DNA of 45,882 bases from Candidatus Micrarchaeota archaeon (GCA_013153395.1 JAADEL010000030.1:1-45882), one strand, 5' to 3'; positions 1-9,038 are shown, counted from the first letter of the stretch. Notes: a model not told the origin generated them from the letters alone. Translations and numbers: made by a program.

Positions 1-210
1 TAATTAACTACCTCATGTTATTTAAATAAGCATATACCGGTATTCCCACATCCTCTATCTCGCTATAGAGGTAAAATAGGCTACTGTTTGAGAAGCTCTA
101 ACAATTATATTTCCTTAAGCCAGGCATAGAGACCCTCAGACTTCACCTCACCACAAAATGCTTACTTTTCCTGAAACAAATTATTTCCCATGACATCTAT
201 AAGAACTTGT

Positions 211-351
211 TGAAAGGGCAGAGTAGTAAGAGCATCTAGCCCTTTCAGTCGCCTAATAGGGTCCGGGGTTTTTGAAAGGGCTGCTCTCTATAAGAGGACT
301 AGCCCTTTCATTTGATAAAGGGGGCTGGCTATTAGGGGACTGGCCCTTTAT
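211..351. repeat. Three tandem copies of a ~37-nt hairpin-forming repeat. Arms are TGAAAGGGC/GCCCTTTCA at 211-219/239-247 and 273-281/302-310, with a diverged copy ATAAAGGG/CCCTTTAT at 315-322/344-351.
   Basis: Read directly from the sequence. Copies 1 and 2 have 9-bp perfect stems with 19-20 nt loops. In minus-strand orientation they share TGAAAGGGCTAG..CTCTTA, and copies 2 and 3 match at 18 of the first 23 nt. No credible ORF covers them. Confidence 0.7.
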
Positions 352-353
352 AA

Positions 354-425
354 TGGACCCTGGGGGATTCGAACCCCCGGCCTCTCCCATGCCAAGGGAG
401 CGATCTACCACTGATCTAAGGGCCC
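354..425 (-). tRNA. tRNA-Ala (anticodon GGC)
   Basis: The reverse complement folds as a cloverleaf: GGGCCCT / GATC-AGTGGTA-GATC / CTCCC-TTGGCAT-GGGAG / AGGCC / GGGGG-TTCGAAT-CCCCC / AGGGTCC-A. It has the G3:U70 Ala identity pair and no encoded CCA. Confidence 0.95.
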
Positions 426-1021
426 TCGTTTTTATTTTTGGTGAAGAAGGTTTTATAAATTTTCTCTCCAAGCGCCCAGAGGATGGACAACAACATCACA
501 TAAAGAATAAAAATCCTCTTATAACCATATACATATTGAATATTTCCGATAGGGAATGGGAGATAAACCACCGCTTCATTGCAATCATACTTCTCCACCG
601 TTACATTCACTACCTTGGGCTCCACAAAAGGCAAGAACTCAATCGTCTTCAATGTCCCATTCTCGTAGATAAAGGCCTGGGTGCCATTATAGGCAAGGCA
701 GATTTCCCCTGTAGGTTTTTCCGTATATTCCACAGGATAGATAAAATCTATGGCCGTATAAAGGAGGAAAAACAACGCCAAAGTAAAAAGCATGGCTTTC
801 ATCGATTCTTTCATCTGCTTCTTAGAGATCTCAATGAGCTTCTGCTGTCTCTCTTGAATCTTCTCTACGTCCGCACTAGGGCCCTCCTTAAGGAGCTCCT
901 TATAGGTATCAAAGTACTCCTTGCGATATTGTTGAAGCTTCTCCCGACTATAAAAGAAAGGAGCCAAATAGCGGTTGGCCAGAATATAAATCAGGGCCAA
1001 CACTAAGATGATTGTTTCCAT
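416..1021 (-). CDS. DUF106 / YidC-Oxa1-like membrane insertase homolog carrying a ~70-aa extracytoplasmic insert
   Basis: N-terminal TM, a charged coiled-coil hairpin, then two more TMs. It occupies the position right after secY-adkA that is typical of the archaeal DUF106 gene. The last 10 nt overlap tRNA-Ala. Confidence 0.6.
   Translation of the reverse strand: METIILVLALIYILANRYLAPFFYSREKLQQYRKEYFDTYKELLKEGPSADVEKIQERQQKLIEISKKQMKESMKAMLFTLALFFLLYTAIDFIYPVEYTEKPTGEICLAYNGTQAFIYENGTLKTIEFLPFVEPKVVNVTVEKYDCNEAVVYLPFPIGNIQYVYGYKRIFILYVMLLSILWALGEKIYKTFFTKNKNEGP
451..459 (-). promoter_or_regulatory. TATA-like box (TTTTATAAA) about 30 nt upstream of the tRNA-Ala 5' end, inside the 3' end of the insertase CDS
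   Basis: AT-rich symmetric element at a spacing close to the archaeal -26/-27 TATA position. Inference only. Confidence 0.35.
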
Positions 1022-1590
1022 GCATTCAACAACTCTTCCAGTTCCTTTACCGCCTCTTGAAGCTTGCCCTCTCTGTTCAAGATAATCTTAACCGGCGAAC
1101 CTATCCGGATAGAACAAGCAGTAAGCACCGCTAGGTTCATGTTATCATGCAACCTGAGATGAAGGATGTCCTCTAGATCCCTATACCGACTGGCATCCCT
1201 TCTTCTTCTCTCTAGGATCTCCTCATGATCAGTGGTGATGTAGATAAAGCCCTTTATCTTCATCTTTTGAAGCATGATATCGTGGATACCTGGCATAAAT
1301 CCATAGGGTGTCTTTACAGAGGCATGGGTATCCACCAATATAATCTTATCAGGATTCTCTTTCTCAATCTCATTGATGCGATCCACTGCCAGCTCCTGGA
1401 GATACTCGATTTGCTCGGCTGTGAGCTTCTTCCTCATCTCATCCCTATGCTGGATTCCAAACTCCTTCTGGGCTACCTCCAGCATCAGGCTACCAAAAGA
1501 TATAATAATAAGGTCTCCGTTGTTCTTGCTCACTTCATTGAGCAGGGTGGTTTTTCCTGCTCCTGGCAAACCCGTAATCACCAATATCAT
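1003..1590 (-). CDS. adkA: Archaeal-type adenylate kinase
   Basis: P-loop GLPGAGKTT at the N-terminus. SFGSLMLEVA, RDEMRK and VDTHASVKTP blocks match the archaeal AdkA family. It follows secY. Confidence 0.93.
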   Translation of the reverse strand: MILVITGLPGAGKTTLLNEVSKNNGDLIIISFGSLMLEVAQKEFGIQHRDEMRKKLTAEQIEYLQELAVDRINEIEKENPDKIILVDTHASVKTPYGFMPGIHDIMLQKMKIKGFIYITTDHEEILERRRRDASRYRDLEDILHLRLHDNMNLAVLTACSIRIGSPVKIILNREGKLQEAVKELEELLNAWKQSS

Positions 1591-2996
1591 ACCTTCTCAC
1601 CCAACAAACCAGCCAATTGAGGAGCATAAATCTTGATAGCCTCTCTAATCTGAGGCAACATCCTTTCATAGATAGAGATGGTTAGCAAGATACCTGTACC
1701 TGTTCCTAGCACCGCCAATGCATCTCCAATACCCGCCAACAACCCAATTACCAAAGAACTTAGCTTAATCAAAGGATCCACGTACTCCACAATCTTCTTC
1801 TCCAATATACGAGGATCCCTTCTATATCCTTGGACCTGAACCTGAGGGTATTGTCGAAGTTGCTTGGCCAAGGACTTTCCATCCTGGCCCATGGTCTCGG
1901 CCCATAGCACACCGAAAATCATCGAGGTTATTCCCAGCACAATGATGTGAATTATCAAATGGAGCCATTCTGGAATGCCCAACACAGGCACTGTTCCAGA
2001 GAATACGGTGTTAAGATAGGAAGGGATATTGTAGTGGTTGGCAGGCAAAGGTCCCAGCACATAGAGGATAGCCCCGATAAATCGGGCAATCTGGGCCAAC
2101 AAGTCCTCACCCGGAATCTGAAGCAAGGAAAGGCCCAGCTGATAGAGCATAAGCAAGAATATGGATGCAAATATCACAGGAATAGTGGTAAGGTAAAAGA
2201 ATGGGAGTTCTATCTTCCTATCTTGCCCCATTATGGTTAATGGAATGCTTACCTTCATGCTCTGGATCCAGGTAATCACATAGATGGCAATGGCGGTGGT
2301 TATCAATGGAATAATCTGAACTAGAGCAGTCTGGAGGGCCTCAATACCCACTCCTTTCAAGAATTGGGAGATTATTCCCACATCTTCATTAAACAAGATA
2401 TAGAGAGCGCCTGACACCACCGCATAGGACACTCCTGCGGCAATAAAGAGGGAGATACCCGAGGTCAATCCATATTTGGTGGATATTTGATCAAGGTAAA
2501 TCACAAATATAGCACCTAGCACAATCTGGAGGGCCACCAAGTGCATGGTAATAGGATTGCCATAAAAGGCCTCAGAAACATAAGGGCCAGTAGCTGTGGG
2601 ACCTATTGCTCCATAGGCATAAAGATAGGCCTGAATCAAGGCCAATATCACAGCCACTACTACTTGAGCCTCAGCGAAGATTTTCCTTTTCTCCGGAGAA
2701 TCCAGCTTAAAATTAACCACACCTCCTCCTATCAACAGCTGAAGGAGTAAGCTTGCAATAATAATAGGTCCAATACCCAAAGTAAGCAAGGTACCGGCAC
2801 GGGATGCCACAATAATGCTCAAGAGGTCCATCTGGGTGTTGGTGTGCTTTACACCAATCACCACTGTATGCATCATCAAGAAATAAACCACAAGGATAGC
2901 TACACTCCAGAGTATCTTCTCCTTAAGAGAAAGCGCATACTTTGGACTAGGAATAGTAGGAAAATAACGATAAAGTTCAGCTAGCTTCTCTATCAC
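1587..2996 (-). CDS. secY: Preprotein translocase subunit SecY
   Basis: 469-aa polytopic protein with about 10 TMs at the conserved position after uL15 in the spc operon. Confidence 0.95.
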   Translation of the reverse strand: MIEKLAELYRYFPTIPSPKYALSLKEKILWSVAILVVYFLMMHTVVIGVKHTNTQMDLLSIIVASRAGTLLTLGIGPIIIASLLLQLLIGGGVVNFKLDSPEKRKIFAEAQVVVAVILALIQAYLYAYGAIGPTATGPYVSEAFYGNPITMHLVALQIVLGAIFVIYLDQISTKYGLTSGISLFIAAGVSYAVVSGALYILFNEDVGIISQFLKGVGIEALQTALVQIIPLITTAIAIYVITWIQSMKVSIPLTIMGQDRKIELPFFYLTTIPVIFASIFLLMLYQLGLSLLQIPGEDLLAQIARFIGAILYVLGPLPANHYNIPSYLNTVFSGTVPVLGIPEWLHLIIHIIVLGITSMIFGVLWAETMGQDGKSLAKQLRQYPQVQVQGYRRDPRILEKKIVEYVDPLIKLSSLVIGLLAGIGDALAVLGTGTGILLTISIYERMLPQIREAIKIYAPQLAGLLGEKV

Positions 2997-3399
2997 TGAT
3001 TATCACTTTTCCCCCAACTTTCTCAATCTTCTCGATTGCCTTCTGGGAAGCTGCCTTTGCCTCTACAATCACAGGAAAGTCTATCTTTCCTGTTCCCAGA
3101 AGCTTTCCTTCAAAGCTGAGCTTGTAGTAGTCTCCTTCTTTCTCCAGCTCGTTATTTCGGACCATGTTTACAATGTCGTAGATGTTAAGGGTAACCATGC
3201 GCTTCTTTCTCCTATAGAAGCCGTGTTTTCCTAGCTGGTCCATCTCATGGGCAGTTACCAGCGTCCACTTGTGCTTCCAGCGTCCTGCCCTTCCGAATCC
3301 TCCTCTGTTACCCGAACCTCTGCGGTTCTTGATGTTTCCATGACCAAAGCGTCTGCTACCCAGCTTCTTTAACTTCTTTTTCTTATGTCTCCTTACCAT
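2977..3399 (-). CDS. rpl15: Ribosomal protein uL15
   Basis: Basic Gly-rich N-terminus (GSRRFGHGNIKNRRGSGNRGG) and operon position. Confidence 0.93.
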   Translation of the reverse strand: MVRRHKKKKLKKLGSRRFGHGNIKNRRGSGNRGGFGRAGRWKHKWTLVTAHEMDQLGKHGFYRRKKRMVTLNIYDIVNMVRNNELEKEGDYYKLSFEGKLLGTGKIDFPVIVEAKAASQKAIEKIEKVGGKVIISDREAS

Positions 3400-3400
3400 T

Positions 3401-3811
3401 TTACATCATCCTCTTTAACAACTCATCCATATTATCCCGAGGGCCTAATGCCCCATACGGATAGGCCTTTTTTATGGACTTCCATCCCTTCCTAGGAGGA
3501 TGGAGCCTAAATACAGGGTCCATCAAATCATCGTATTTCTCTCCTTTCTTCATTCTTTCAAGAACCTCCTCAGGGTTGGCTACTTTCTTGGACCCCTTTT
3601 CTCCTCGCTTTTGGATAAGCTTGAGCAAGGTCTCATCGGAGACCTCACCATAGGTCACATAATCCTTTACCACCTTTAGCATTCCGCGAATAGCAGGTGT
3701 ATCAGGTACCACTACCGCATGGTTAGGCTTGTGAAGCCTGAGCAGCTTTAAGGTGTGCCTAATCTTAGGAGCAACGTTGTGAATACCTCTTACTCTTACT
3801 ACCACTATCAT
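3401..3811 (-). CDS. rpl30: Ribosomal protein uL30
   Basis: MIVVVRVRG...TLKLLRL motif and operon position. Confidence 0.92.
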   Translation of the reverse strand: MIVVVRVRGIHNVAPKIRHTLKLLRLHKPNHAVVVPDTPAIRGMLKVVKDYVTYGEVSDETLLKLIQKRGEKGSKKVANPEEVLERMKKGEKYDDLMDPVFRLHPPRKGWKSIKKAYPYGALGPRDNMDELLKRMM

Positions 3812-4404
3812 GCTACCTCACCCTCAATCTTCTTCAAGGCCTCAAACACGGCCTGTACCAAACTATAGCGGTTTTTCACAGACCCACGGACCTTAGACCA
3901 GATATCCTTTACTCCTGCCAGCCTCAAGATGGCCTTTACGTTATCGTTGGCCACTAGACCTACACCACGAGGTGCAGGGATGAGCTCTACAGAGGTGGCA
4001 GATACCTTAGCATCTACCTTGTGAGGCAATGAATGCTTAATATCACACTTACACTCCCAAGAACCACATCCTCCGATTACCTTAATAAGGTTTCTCTTTG
4101 CTCGGTTGATGGCCTTCTCACGGGCAGTGGCAAACTCGCTAGACTTACCCATTCCATATCCGATATGGCCTGCTTCATCTCCTACCACTACCACAACCCT
4201 GTAGGACATCTTCCTACCAGAGTCGGTTACTCGCTGGGTTGTTCTTACCTCAATAATCTCGGTCTTGAGGCCAGGAAGGAGATAATCTACAATCTGATGC
4301 TCCAGGATAGGCTTACCGAGGGCAAGCACCTCATCAATGCTCTTGAACTTTCCTTCTTTAACAGCACGCCCTAACTTGGTCTTTGGGATCCATTCAGTGG
4401 TCAT
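3808..4404 (-). CDS. rps5: Ribosomal protein uS5
   Basis: Contains both the S5 dsRBD-like and C-terminal domain motifs (VVVVGD..GHIGYGMGK, GVGLVA). GGTGAGG Shine-Dalgarno sequence upstream. Confidence 0.93.
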   Translation of the reverse strand: MTTEWIPKTKLGRAVKEGKFKSIDEVLALGKPILEHQIVDYLLPGLKTEIIEVRTTQRVTDSGRKMSYRVVVVVGDEAGHIGYGMGKSSEFATAREKAINRAKRNLIKVIGGCGSWECKCDIKHSLPHKVDAKVSATSVELIPAPRGVGLVANDNVKAILRLAGVKDIWSKVRGSVKNRYSLVQAVFEALKKIEGEVA

Positions 4405-4901
4405 TTAGCCTCACCCAACAACGACTTCACAAAGGAATCCACTTCCTCTTTTTTTACTTTACCAGAACTTTTATAAACCCTATCCATGTCTAGGTCCTCT
4501 GGAACCTTGATCTCTATGCCGGCATCCTGGGCACCCTTGGCCACATAGAAGGCAAAGTTTCCTCGAGTAGGGGTATGCAATCCCATATCCAATACCAATC
4601 TATCGTATCCCTTTTCCTTAGCCAGCTTTCCTAGGAGTACTCCTGTCACATATGCGGTAGGAATGTTCTTGGTGTGCTTCCAGCCCTTCTTTGCCAACAC
4701 ATGCCTATCCACCCTTATCACTGTTCTATCTCCCTTTTCATCAAACACTATGACCTGGGCAATCACCTGGGTGTTGGTTTTTCTTGCTACCAGCCTAGGC
4801 AAACCGCTCTTTAGGAGTGCAAGCCTCTTACGGTAGTTGGTCTTTCCCTCCCGACGACGTCTAAACGGAACATGATAGGTTGGTCCCTTTGCTCTAGACA
4901 T
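4401..4901 (-). CDS. rpl18: Ribosomal protein uL18
   Basis: N-terminal FRRRREGKTNYRKR motif and operon position. Confidence 0.93.
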   Translation of the reverse strand: MSRAKGPTYHVPFRRRREGKTNYRKRLALLKSGLPRLVARKTNTQVIAQVIVFDEKGDRTVIRVDRHVLAKKGWKHTKNIPTAYVTGVLLGKLAKEKGYDRLVLDMGLHTPTRGNFAFYVAKGAQDAGIEIKVPEDLDMDRVYKSSGKVKKEEVDSFVKSLLGEAK

Positions 4902-5334
4902 CTACATCACCCTTCAACAGGTTATTGGATTTGAGGTAGTTGAGTAGGAAACGCTTGCTTCGGATATAACCTCCCTTTGCCTTGCGATAAACATCATTCT
5001 TTGTCCTTGTATCGATTTTGCCTTCCTGATGGAGCTGCTTGATAAGCTTCCTCAATGCCCTGATCTTCATCATCCACTGCTTCTTCTTTGGCAGTCGAGA
5101 ATACTTGGTACCTTTTCTTCGACCAGGCCCTTGTTCTCTTTCCTTTTTCTTCCTCCTTCTTCCCTTGGCAGGGACGATGTAGGCAATCTCATGGAATCGA
5201 GCCTTTACATCCTCCCTTCTCACAATCTCCGCTTTCAATATCTCCAATACTTCTCGCCCTTCTTTGATCTTGATGCGGTTTTGGCCTACGCCGAATATAT
5301 CTGAGGCAAGGCGTTTAAATGTAGCTATGTTCAT
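4894..5334 (-). CDS. rpl19e: Ribosomal protein eL19
   Basis: Lys/Arg-rich L19e-like sequence between eL32 and uL18. Confidence 0.9.
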   Translation of the reverse strand: MNIATFKRLASDIFGVGQNRIKIKEGREVLEILKAEIVRREDVKARFHEIAYIVPAKGRRRKKKEREQGPGRRKGTKYSRLPKKKQWMMKIRALRKLIKQLHQEGKIDTRTKNDVYRKAKGGYIRSKRFLLNYLKSNNLLKGDVDV

Positions 5335-5702
5335 TCTTTCTCACCTCCTTTACCAGGGTTGAGTACATGGATGTTGAGCTCCTTGGCCTTGGCCACTATC
5401 TCCAATCTCTTCTTCTTCCCTACTCGGGCAGCAATGCGGATAGCCTGTTTCTCAGGATCCACCTTTTCCAGGTCCTCTACTCTATATACTAGCACCTCGA
5501 AATAACCGGATGGATGCCTTCCTCGAAGAGAGTCGGGGTTTTTATAGCCGATGTTGGGAAGGGCACCTGCCCACTTCTTGCGAATGCGTTTTTTGTTACC
5601 TACTCCTCGAGGTCTTCTCCAGCGATCTTTAATGCGCTTTTTCATTGCATGCCCTCTACTAGGGCCAAGAACATTAAAGGTAGGTTTCTTCTTTTTCTTC
5701 AT
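5331..5702 (-). CDS. rpl32e: Ribosomal protein eL32
   Basis: The WRRPRG..NK.R and GYKNP..LRG.HPSG blocks are typical of L32e. Confidence 0.9.
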   Translation of the reverse strand: MKKKKKPTFNVLGPSRGHAMKKRIKDRWRRPRGVGNKKRIRKKWAGALPNIGYKNPDSLRGRHPSGYFEVLVYRVEDLEKVDPEKQAIRIAARVGKKKRLEIVAKAKELNIHVLNPGKGGEKE

Positions 5703-6184
5703 TCTATCACCTTATAGATTCCGTCTTGGAACACCCTTCTATCCTTGTTTCGGATGCGGGTGGCCTGCTTTATGCTGGTGTAAGCATTACCTAGGGCCTC
5801 CTTATCCCAGCTCTCCAGCTCAATCTCCTGTCCTTTGATGGTGACCTTAACATCCTTAGGGATCTTGGCCTCTCGAGGCTTCTTCTCTCCCAGGAAGTTC
5901 TCTATGATGAGCTTGTTGCCCTGCATCTTAAGCTTGATGGGGAAGTGGGCATACCTTGCCACCAATCTTAGCTTATAGGGCTCCTTTACACCTCTAATCA
6001 TGTTCTGAACAATGCGCTTTACGGTGTTGATCATGGCCTTGTCTTTAGCCTCTACCTTGAGCTCTCCGTTCTCTATCCAGATTCTAAGGCCTTCTCCTTT
6101 GAACTCCTTCTTGTGAGGGCCCACATATACAGTGGTTCCCTCCACACGCACATTCTCATCCACTTCTACCTTGATATCTCTCAT
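5699..6184 (-). CDS. rpl6: Ribosomal protein uL6
   Basis: Two-repeat L6-like sequence at the expected operon position. Confidence 0.9.
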   Translation of the reverse strand: MRDIKVEVDENVRVEGTTVYVGPHKKEFKGEGLRIWIENGELKVEAKDKAMINTVKRIVQNMIRGVKEPYKLRLVARYAHFPIKLKMQGNKLIIENFLGEKKPREAKIPKDVKVTIKGQEIELESWDKEALGNAYTSIKQATRIRNKDRRVFQDGIYKVIE

Positions 6185-6194
6185 TGAGCATCAC

Positions 6195-6587
6195 CTAGTA
6201 AACATAAGCCAACAATCTTCCACCAATACGGAGCTCTTTGGCCTTCTTGTTGCTCATCACTCCTTGAGGAGTTGTTAATATCAGGATGCCCTGGAGATAG
6301 GAAGGAAGATACTGCTTTTCATAATCCACTATCTCCAGATACTTTACAGGAAACCTAGGATAGATGGCCTTAAGCTCCTTTATCTTTCCGGCCAGCTTTA
6401 CCTTAAGGGCCTCATGCCCTTGATATTCTACAGGCTCAAAATCCTCGATATATCCTTCCTCTTTAAGCACGTTAAGCACATCCTTGATGAGGCGAGAGGA
6501 TTTCTTTACCAATATCTCCTTCTTTCCTACTCGCTCCGAGAGCATGATTTGGTTGAGTACTTCGGCCAACAAATACCTACTTGCCAT
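6195..6587 (-). CDS. rps8: Ribosomal protein uS8
   Basis: S8-like sequence ending RIGGRLLAYVY, at the expected operon position. Confidence 0.92.
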   Translation of the reverse strand: MASRYLLAEVLNQIMLSERVGKKEILVKKSSRLIKDVLNVLKEEGYIEDFEPVEYQGHEALKVKLAGKIKELKAIYPRFPVKYLEIVDYEKQYLPSYLQGILILTTPQGVMSNKKAKELRIGGRLLAYVY

Positions 6588-6596
6588 TCTCCCACC

Positions 6597-6767
6597 TCAA
6601 TGGAACTTATAAAATCCAAGTTCCTCGGCTCTTTCCCTGAAGCATCTTCGGCATATATAGAGTCCATACTTTCTTATCAATCCACGTGAGGTACCGCATA
6701 TCCTGCACTTTCTCCTACCTTTACCACGAGCAGTATCCAAAGCCTTTAGTTTAGTCTTTTCATCCAT
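6597..6767 (-). CDS. rps14: Ribosomal protein uS14 (zinc-ribbon type, 56 aa). It is absent from the supplied ORF track because it is under 60 aa.
   Basis: Hand translation of the minus strand gives [56 protein letters not shown]. It has the CxxC..CxxC knuckles and sits exactly between uL5 and uS8. Its start overlaps the uL5 stop as TAATG. Confidence 0.93.
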   Translation of the reverse strand: MDEKTKLKALDTARGKGRRKCRICGTSRGLIRKYGLYICRRCFRERAEELGFYKFH

Positions 6768-7273
6768 TATACCACCTCAACACCGAATTTCTGTTTAATA
6801 TATTCCATAGCCTCTTCAGGCTTAATACGATGATGCTTTCCCACTTTACTAGGAGCCCTCTTTCTCTTCTTCACCCTATAACCCGGTCTTTCCAGGGTTA
6901 CCACCACATCAAATCCAAACATACCAATCTCAGGATCATACTTGGCTCCTGGGAAATCAATGTACTCCTTTATTCCAATGGAGAAGTTTCCTGCTTCATC
7001 AAAGCTCTTCTTGCTTATCTTGTTCTTCACCGACTTGAAGGCCTTCCTCAAGATCTCCTCAGCATCCTTTCCTCTAAGGGTGACCTTTACACCGATAGGC
7101 AAACCTGGTCGGATTTTGAAGGTAGGATTCCTTACCTTGGCCTGGGTAAAGGTGGCCTTTTTACCGGTGATCCTTTCAAGGAGCTTCTTAGCATTCTCTA
7201 ATCTCTCTCCAGGCTGCCCTACTCCAATGTTTAAGGTTACCTTCTCAATCTTTATTTCTCTCATCGGATTCAT
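6767..7273 (-). CDS. rpl5: Ribosomal protein uL5
   Basis: L5-like sequence ([18 protein letters not shown]) at the expected operon position. Confidence 0.93.
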   Translation of the reverse strand: MNPMREIKIEKVTLNIGVGQPGERLENAKKLLERITGKKATFTQAKVRNPTFKIRPGLPIGVKVTLRGKDAEEILRKAFKSVKNKISKKSFDEAGNFSIGIKEYIDFPGAKYDPEIGMFGFDVVVTLERPGYRVKKRKRAPSKVGKHHRIKPEEAMEYIKQKFGVEVV

Positions 7274-7953
7274 GCTTCATCACCCAGGAAAAACAGGTAT
7301 CGGTAGTCGGTGGAGATCTCGCCCTCCGGAGTATCTAAACGGGCAATCTTCTTTCCTCCAATATGATCCACTGCTATCAACCTTCCCTTTATTCCTCTGT
7401 GCTTACCGGTGGTGATAATGCAAAGGCTATCCACCTTTTGAGGAATAACCTTCACTATCTTTTTTTCACCAAGGTCAAATACTACCGTATCTCCTACCTT
7501 GATGGTATTGTCCTCGGTGAGATAGGTACGGCCATCATGGAAGGTAAGCTGGAGCTTACCTCCTTTTACCTTGTGTTTTCTTATCACCTTAAGCATCTTA
7601 TGGGAGGTGTCTTCCACAGGATAAAGAGCAAACCCATCCTTGCTATACTCCACCTTATAGGACTTATCTCCTTCAATGGTAATATAATCTTGGTATCCGA
7701 CAGGGAACTTCAAATCCTTGATGGTGCGGTTATCTACCTTTACCTTTCCTTGGCTAAGCACGTACTTTGCCTCTCGGGTATTCTGTACAATCCCTAGATA
7801 ATCCCTCAACAGCACCCCGAGTGCTACACTATCCTTTAGAGGATGGGGTCCTGCTCTAGGCTTTAGAAGATAAGTATAAGCCTTTCTAAGCACTCGCACC
7901 ACAGGAGGGGCACTTAATCTCTTCAAGTGATGTTTAGGTCCTCTTTGAGCCAT
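7270..7953 (-). CDS. rps4e: Ribosomal protein eS4
   Basis: N-terminal GPKHHLKRLSAP motif, followed by S4 and KOW-like regions. Confidence 0.93.
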   Translation of the reverse strand: MAQRGPKHHLKRLSAPPVVRVLRKAYTYLLKPRAGPHPLKDSVALGVLLRDYLGIVQNTREAKYVLSQGKVKVDNRTIKDLKFPVGYQDYITIEGDKSYKVEYSKDGFALYPVEDTSHKMLKVIRKHKVKGGKLQLTFHDGRTYLTEDNTIKVGDTVVFDLGEKKIVKVIPQKVDSLCIITTGKHRGIKGRLIAVDHIGGKKIARLDTPEGEISTDYRYLFFLGDEA

Positions 7954-7958
7954 CTATC

Positions 7959-8258
7959 TCACCTTTTTATGATAATAACATTAGAAGGATGAATAGGAAT
8001 ATAGACATCCTTTCCTTGGGAATTCTTTCTCTGGATTCCTTCAATGTAGATGCGCACCCTCTTCCTATCCACCTTTACTACCTTTCCCTCTTTACCTTTG
8101 TGATCTCCGCGAAGTACCCTAACTGTGTCTCCTGTCTTTACCACATCCCTCTTTTTATCGATGCCCGCCTCTTGGGCTACAGGAGCTCTTACTAGCTCCT
8201 TTCTCTTATGCACCGGAGTGTTGAAGAATTTCTTTCGGGAGGTTCTTCTTGTTCCCAT
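7959..8258 (-). CDS. rpl24: Ribosomal protein uL24
   Basis: KOW motif (GDTVRVLRGDHKGKEGKV) and operon position. Confidence 0.9.
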   Translation of the reverse strand: MGTRRTSRKKFFNTPVHKRKELVRAPVAQEAGIDKKRDVVKTGDTVRVLRGDHKGKEGKVVKVDRKRVRIYIEGIQRKNSQGKDVYIPIHPSNVIIIKR

Positions 8259-8653
8259 TATACCACACCCTGGGCAATACCCGCTACCTTAGGGAATCTC
8301 TCGGCTGCCTCTCTAGCAACCACTCCTTTTACCTCTGTTCCCACTGGGATTCCTTCCTCGTTAATCACTACAGCAGCATTATCCTCAAAGGCCACTCTAT
8401 AACCTCTGCGGTTGAATTCTTTCTTTTGGCGGATGATAACGGCTTTTACCACCGTTCCCACAAGCTTGGGATCCCCCTTCTTAACAGAGCAGATAACCAC
8501 ATCACCCACACCAGCTCTAGGATATCTTCCTCTTACTCCTTTATAGTGCTCCACTCCAATAATCATGAGAACCTTAGCACCACTATTATCATCGCATTTA
8601 AGATAAGTGCCCGTAGTTAAGGTCTTTACAACCTTTGCCCTAACCGCCTTCAT
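8258..8653 (-). CDS. rpl14: Ribosomal protein uL14
   Basis: L14-like sequence (CDDNSGAK..., VVINEEG) at the expected operon position. Confidence 0.93.
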   Translation of the reverse strand: MKAVRAKVVKTLTTGTYLKCDDNSGAKVLMIIGVEHYKGVRGRYPRAGVGDVVICSVKKGDPKLVGTVVKAVIIRQKKEFNRRGYRVAFEDNAAVVINEEGIPVGTEVKGVVAREAAERFPKVAGIAQGVV

Positions 8654-8994
8654 GCTTCTTCACCTCTTTTTACAACCTTGGTCACAACCCATGCCTTGGT
8701 TTTGCTTATCTTGCGGGTTTGCTGTGCAATCACCTCATCTCCTACTCGGAGGGAGATGCCATCAGGTACATGGGCATGGATCTTGGACCTCTTTCTCATG
8801 TATCGCTTATACTTCGGGATGCGCACAATAAAGGTCCTTTCGATAGTAACAGTGTTTTTAGCCTTAGTGCTTACCACCTTACCTCTCACTGATATACCGC
8901 GCGGTAGGATCTTCTCCTCTTTAATGCGTTCTTGAAGTTTCTTATTCAACTCCTCTAAAGATGACATGGCTATCAAGTTTAGTATATCGGGCAT
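8650..8994 (-). CDS. rps17: Ribosomal protein uS17, first gene of this operon. The true start is probably the internal ATG at 8967.
   Basis: S17 OB-fold-like sequence (RGKVVSTKAKNTVTIER...). The TATA-like box at 8998-9005 lies too close to 8994 for that codon to be downstream of the transcription start. Confidence 0.88.
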   Translation of the reverse strand: MPDILNLIAMSSLEELNKKLQERIKEEKILPRGISVRGKVVSTKAKNTVTIERTFIVRIPKYKRYMRKRSKIHAHVPDGISLRVGDEVIAQQTRKISKTKAWVVTKVVKRGEEA

Positions 8995-8997
8995 ATG

Positions 8998-9005
8998 TTT
9001 AAATA
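8998..9005 (-). promoter_or_regulatory. TATA-like box (TTTAAATA) upstream of the ribosomal protein operon
   Basis: AT-rich box in the 66-nt divergent spacer. Confidence 0.4.
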
Positions 9006-9031
9006 CTTATAGGCTTTGCACTCCCTAAGCA

Positions 9032-9038
9032 TTTATAT
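9032..9038 (+). promoter_or_regulatory. TATA-like box (TTTATAT) about 26 nt upstream of the ATG at 9061
   Basis: The spacing is consistent with a leaderless transcript. Confidence 0.4.

Noticed and set aside
211-351. The hairpin repeats as a CRISPR array, an H/ACA guide RNA, a hammerhead ribozyme, or SRP/RNase P RNA
   Set aside because: The arms alternate in inverted orientation with irregular spacing of 13-34 nt, so this is not repeat-spacer architecture. The 9-bp stems with 19-20 nt loops are too small for H/ACA pockets, even though ACA follows one stem on the minus strand. There is no CUGAUGA core. There is no GGAA-capped helix-8-like SRP motif or convincing CR-I/CR-V RNase P motifs.
253-1006. 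ORF-track entries 253..471 (-) and 272..1006 (+)
   Set aside because: Both run through tRNA-Ala and the hairpin repeats. 272..1006 is antisense to the well-supported insertase gene. The translations are low-complexity or Arg/Pro-rich, unlike real genes here.
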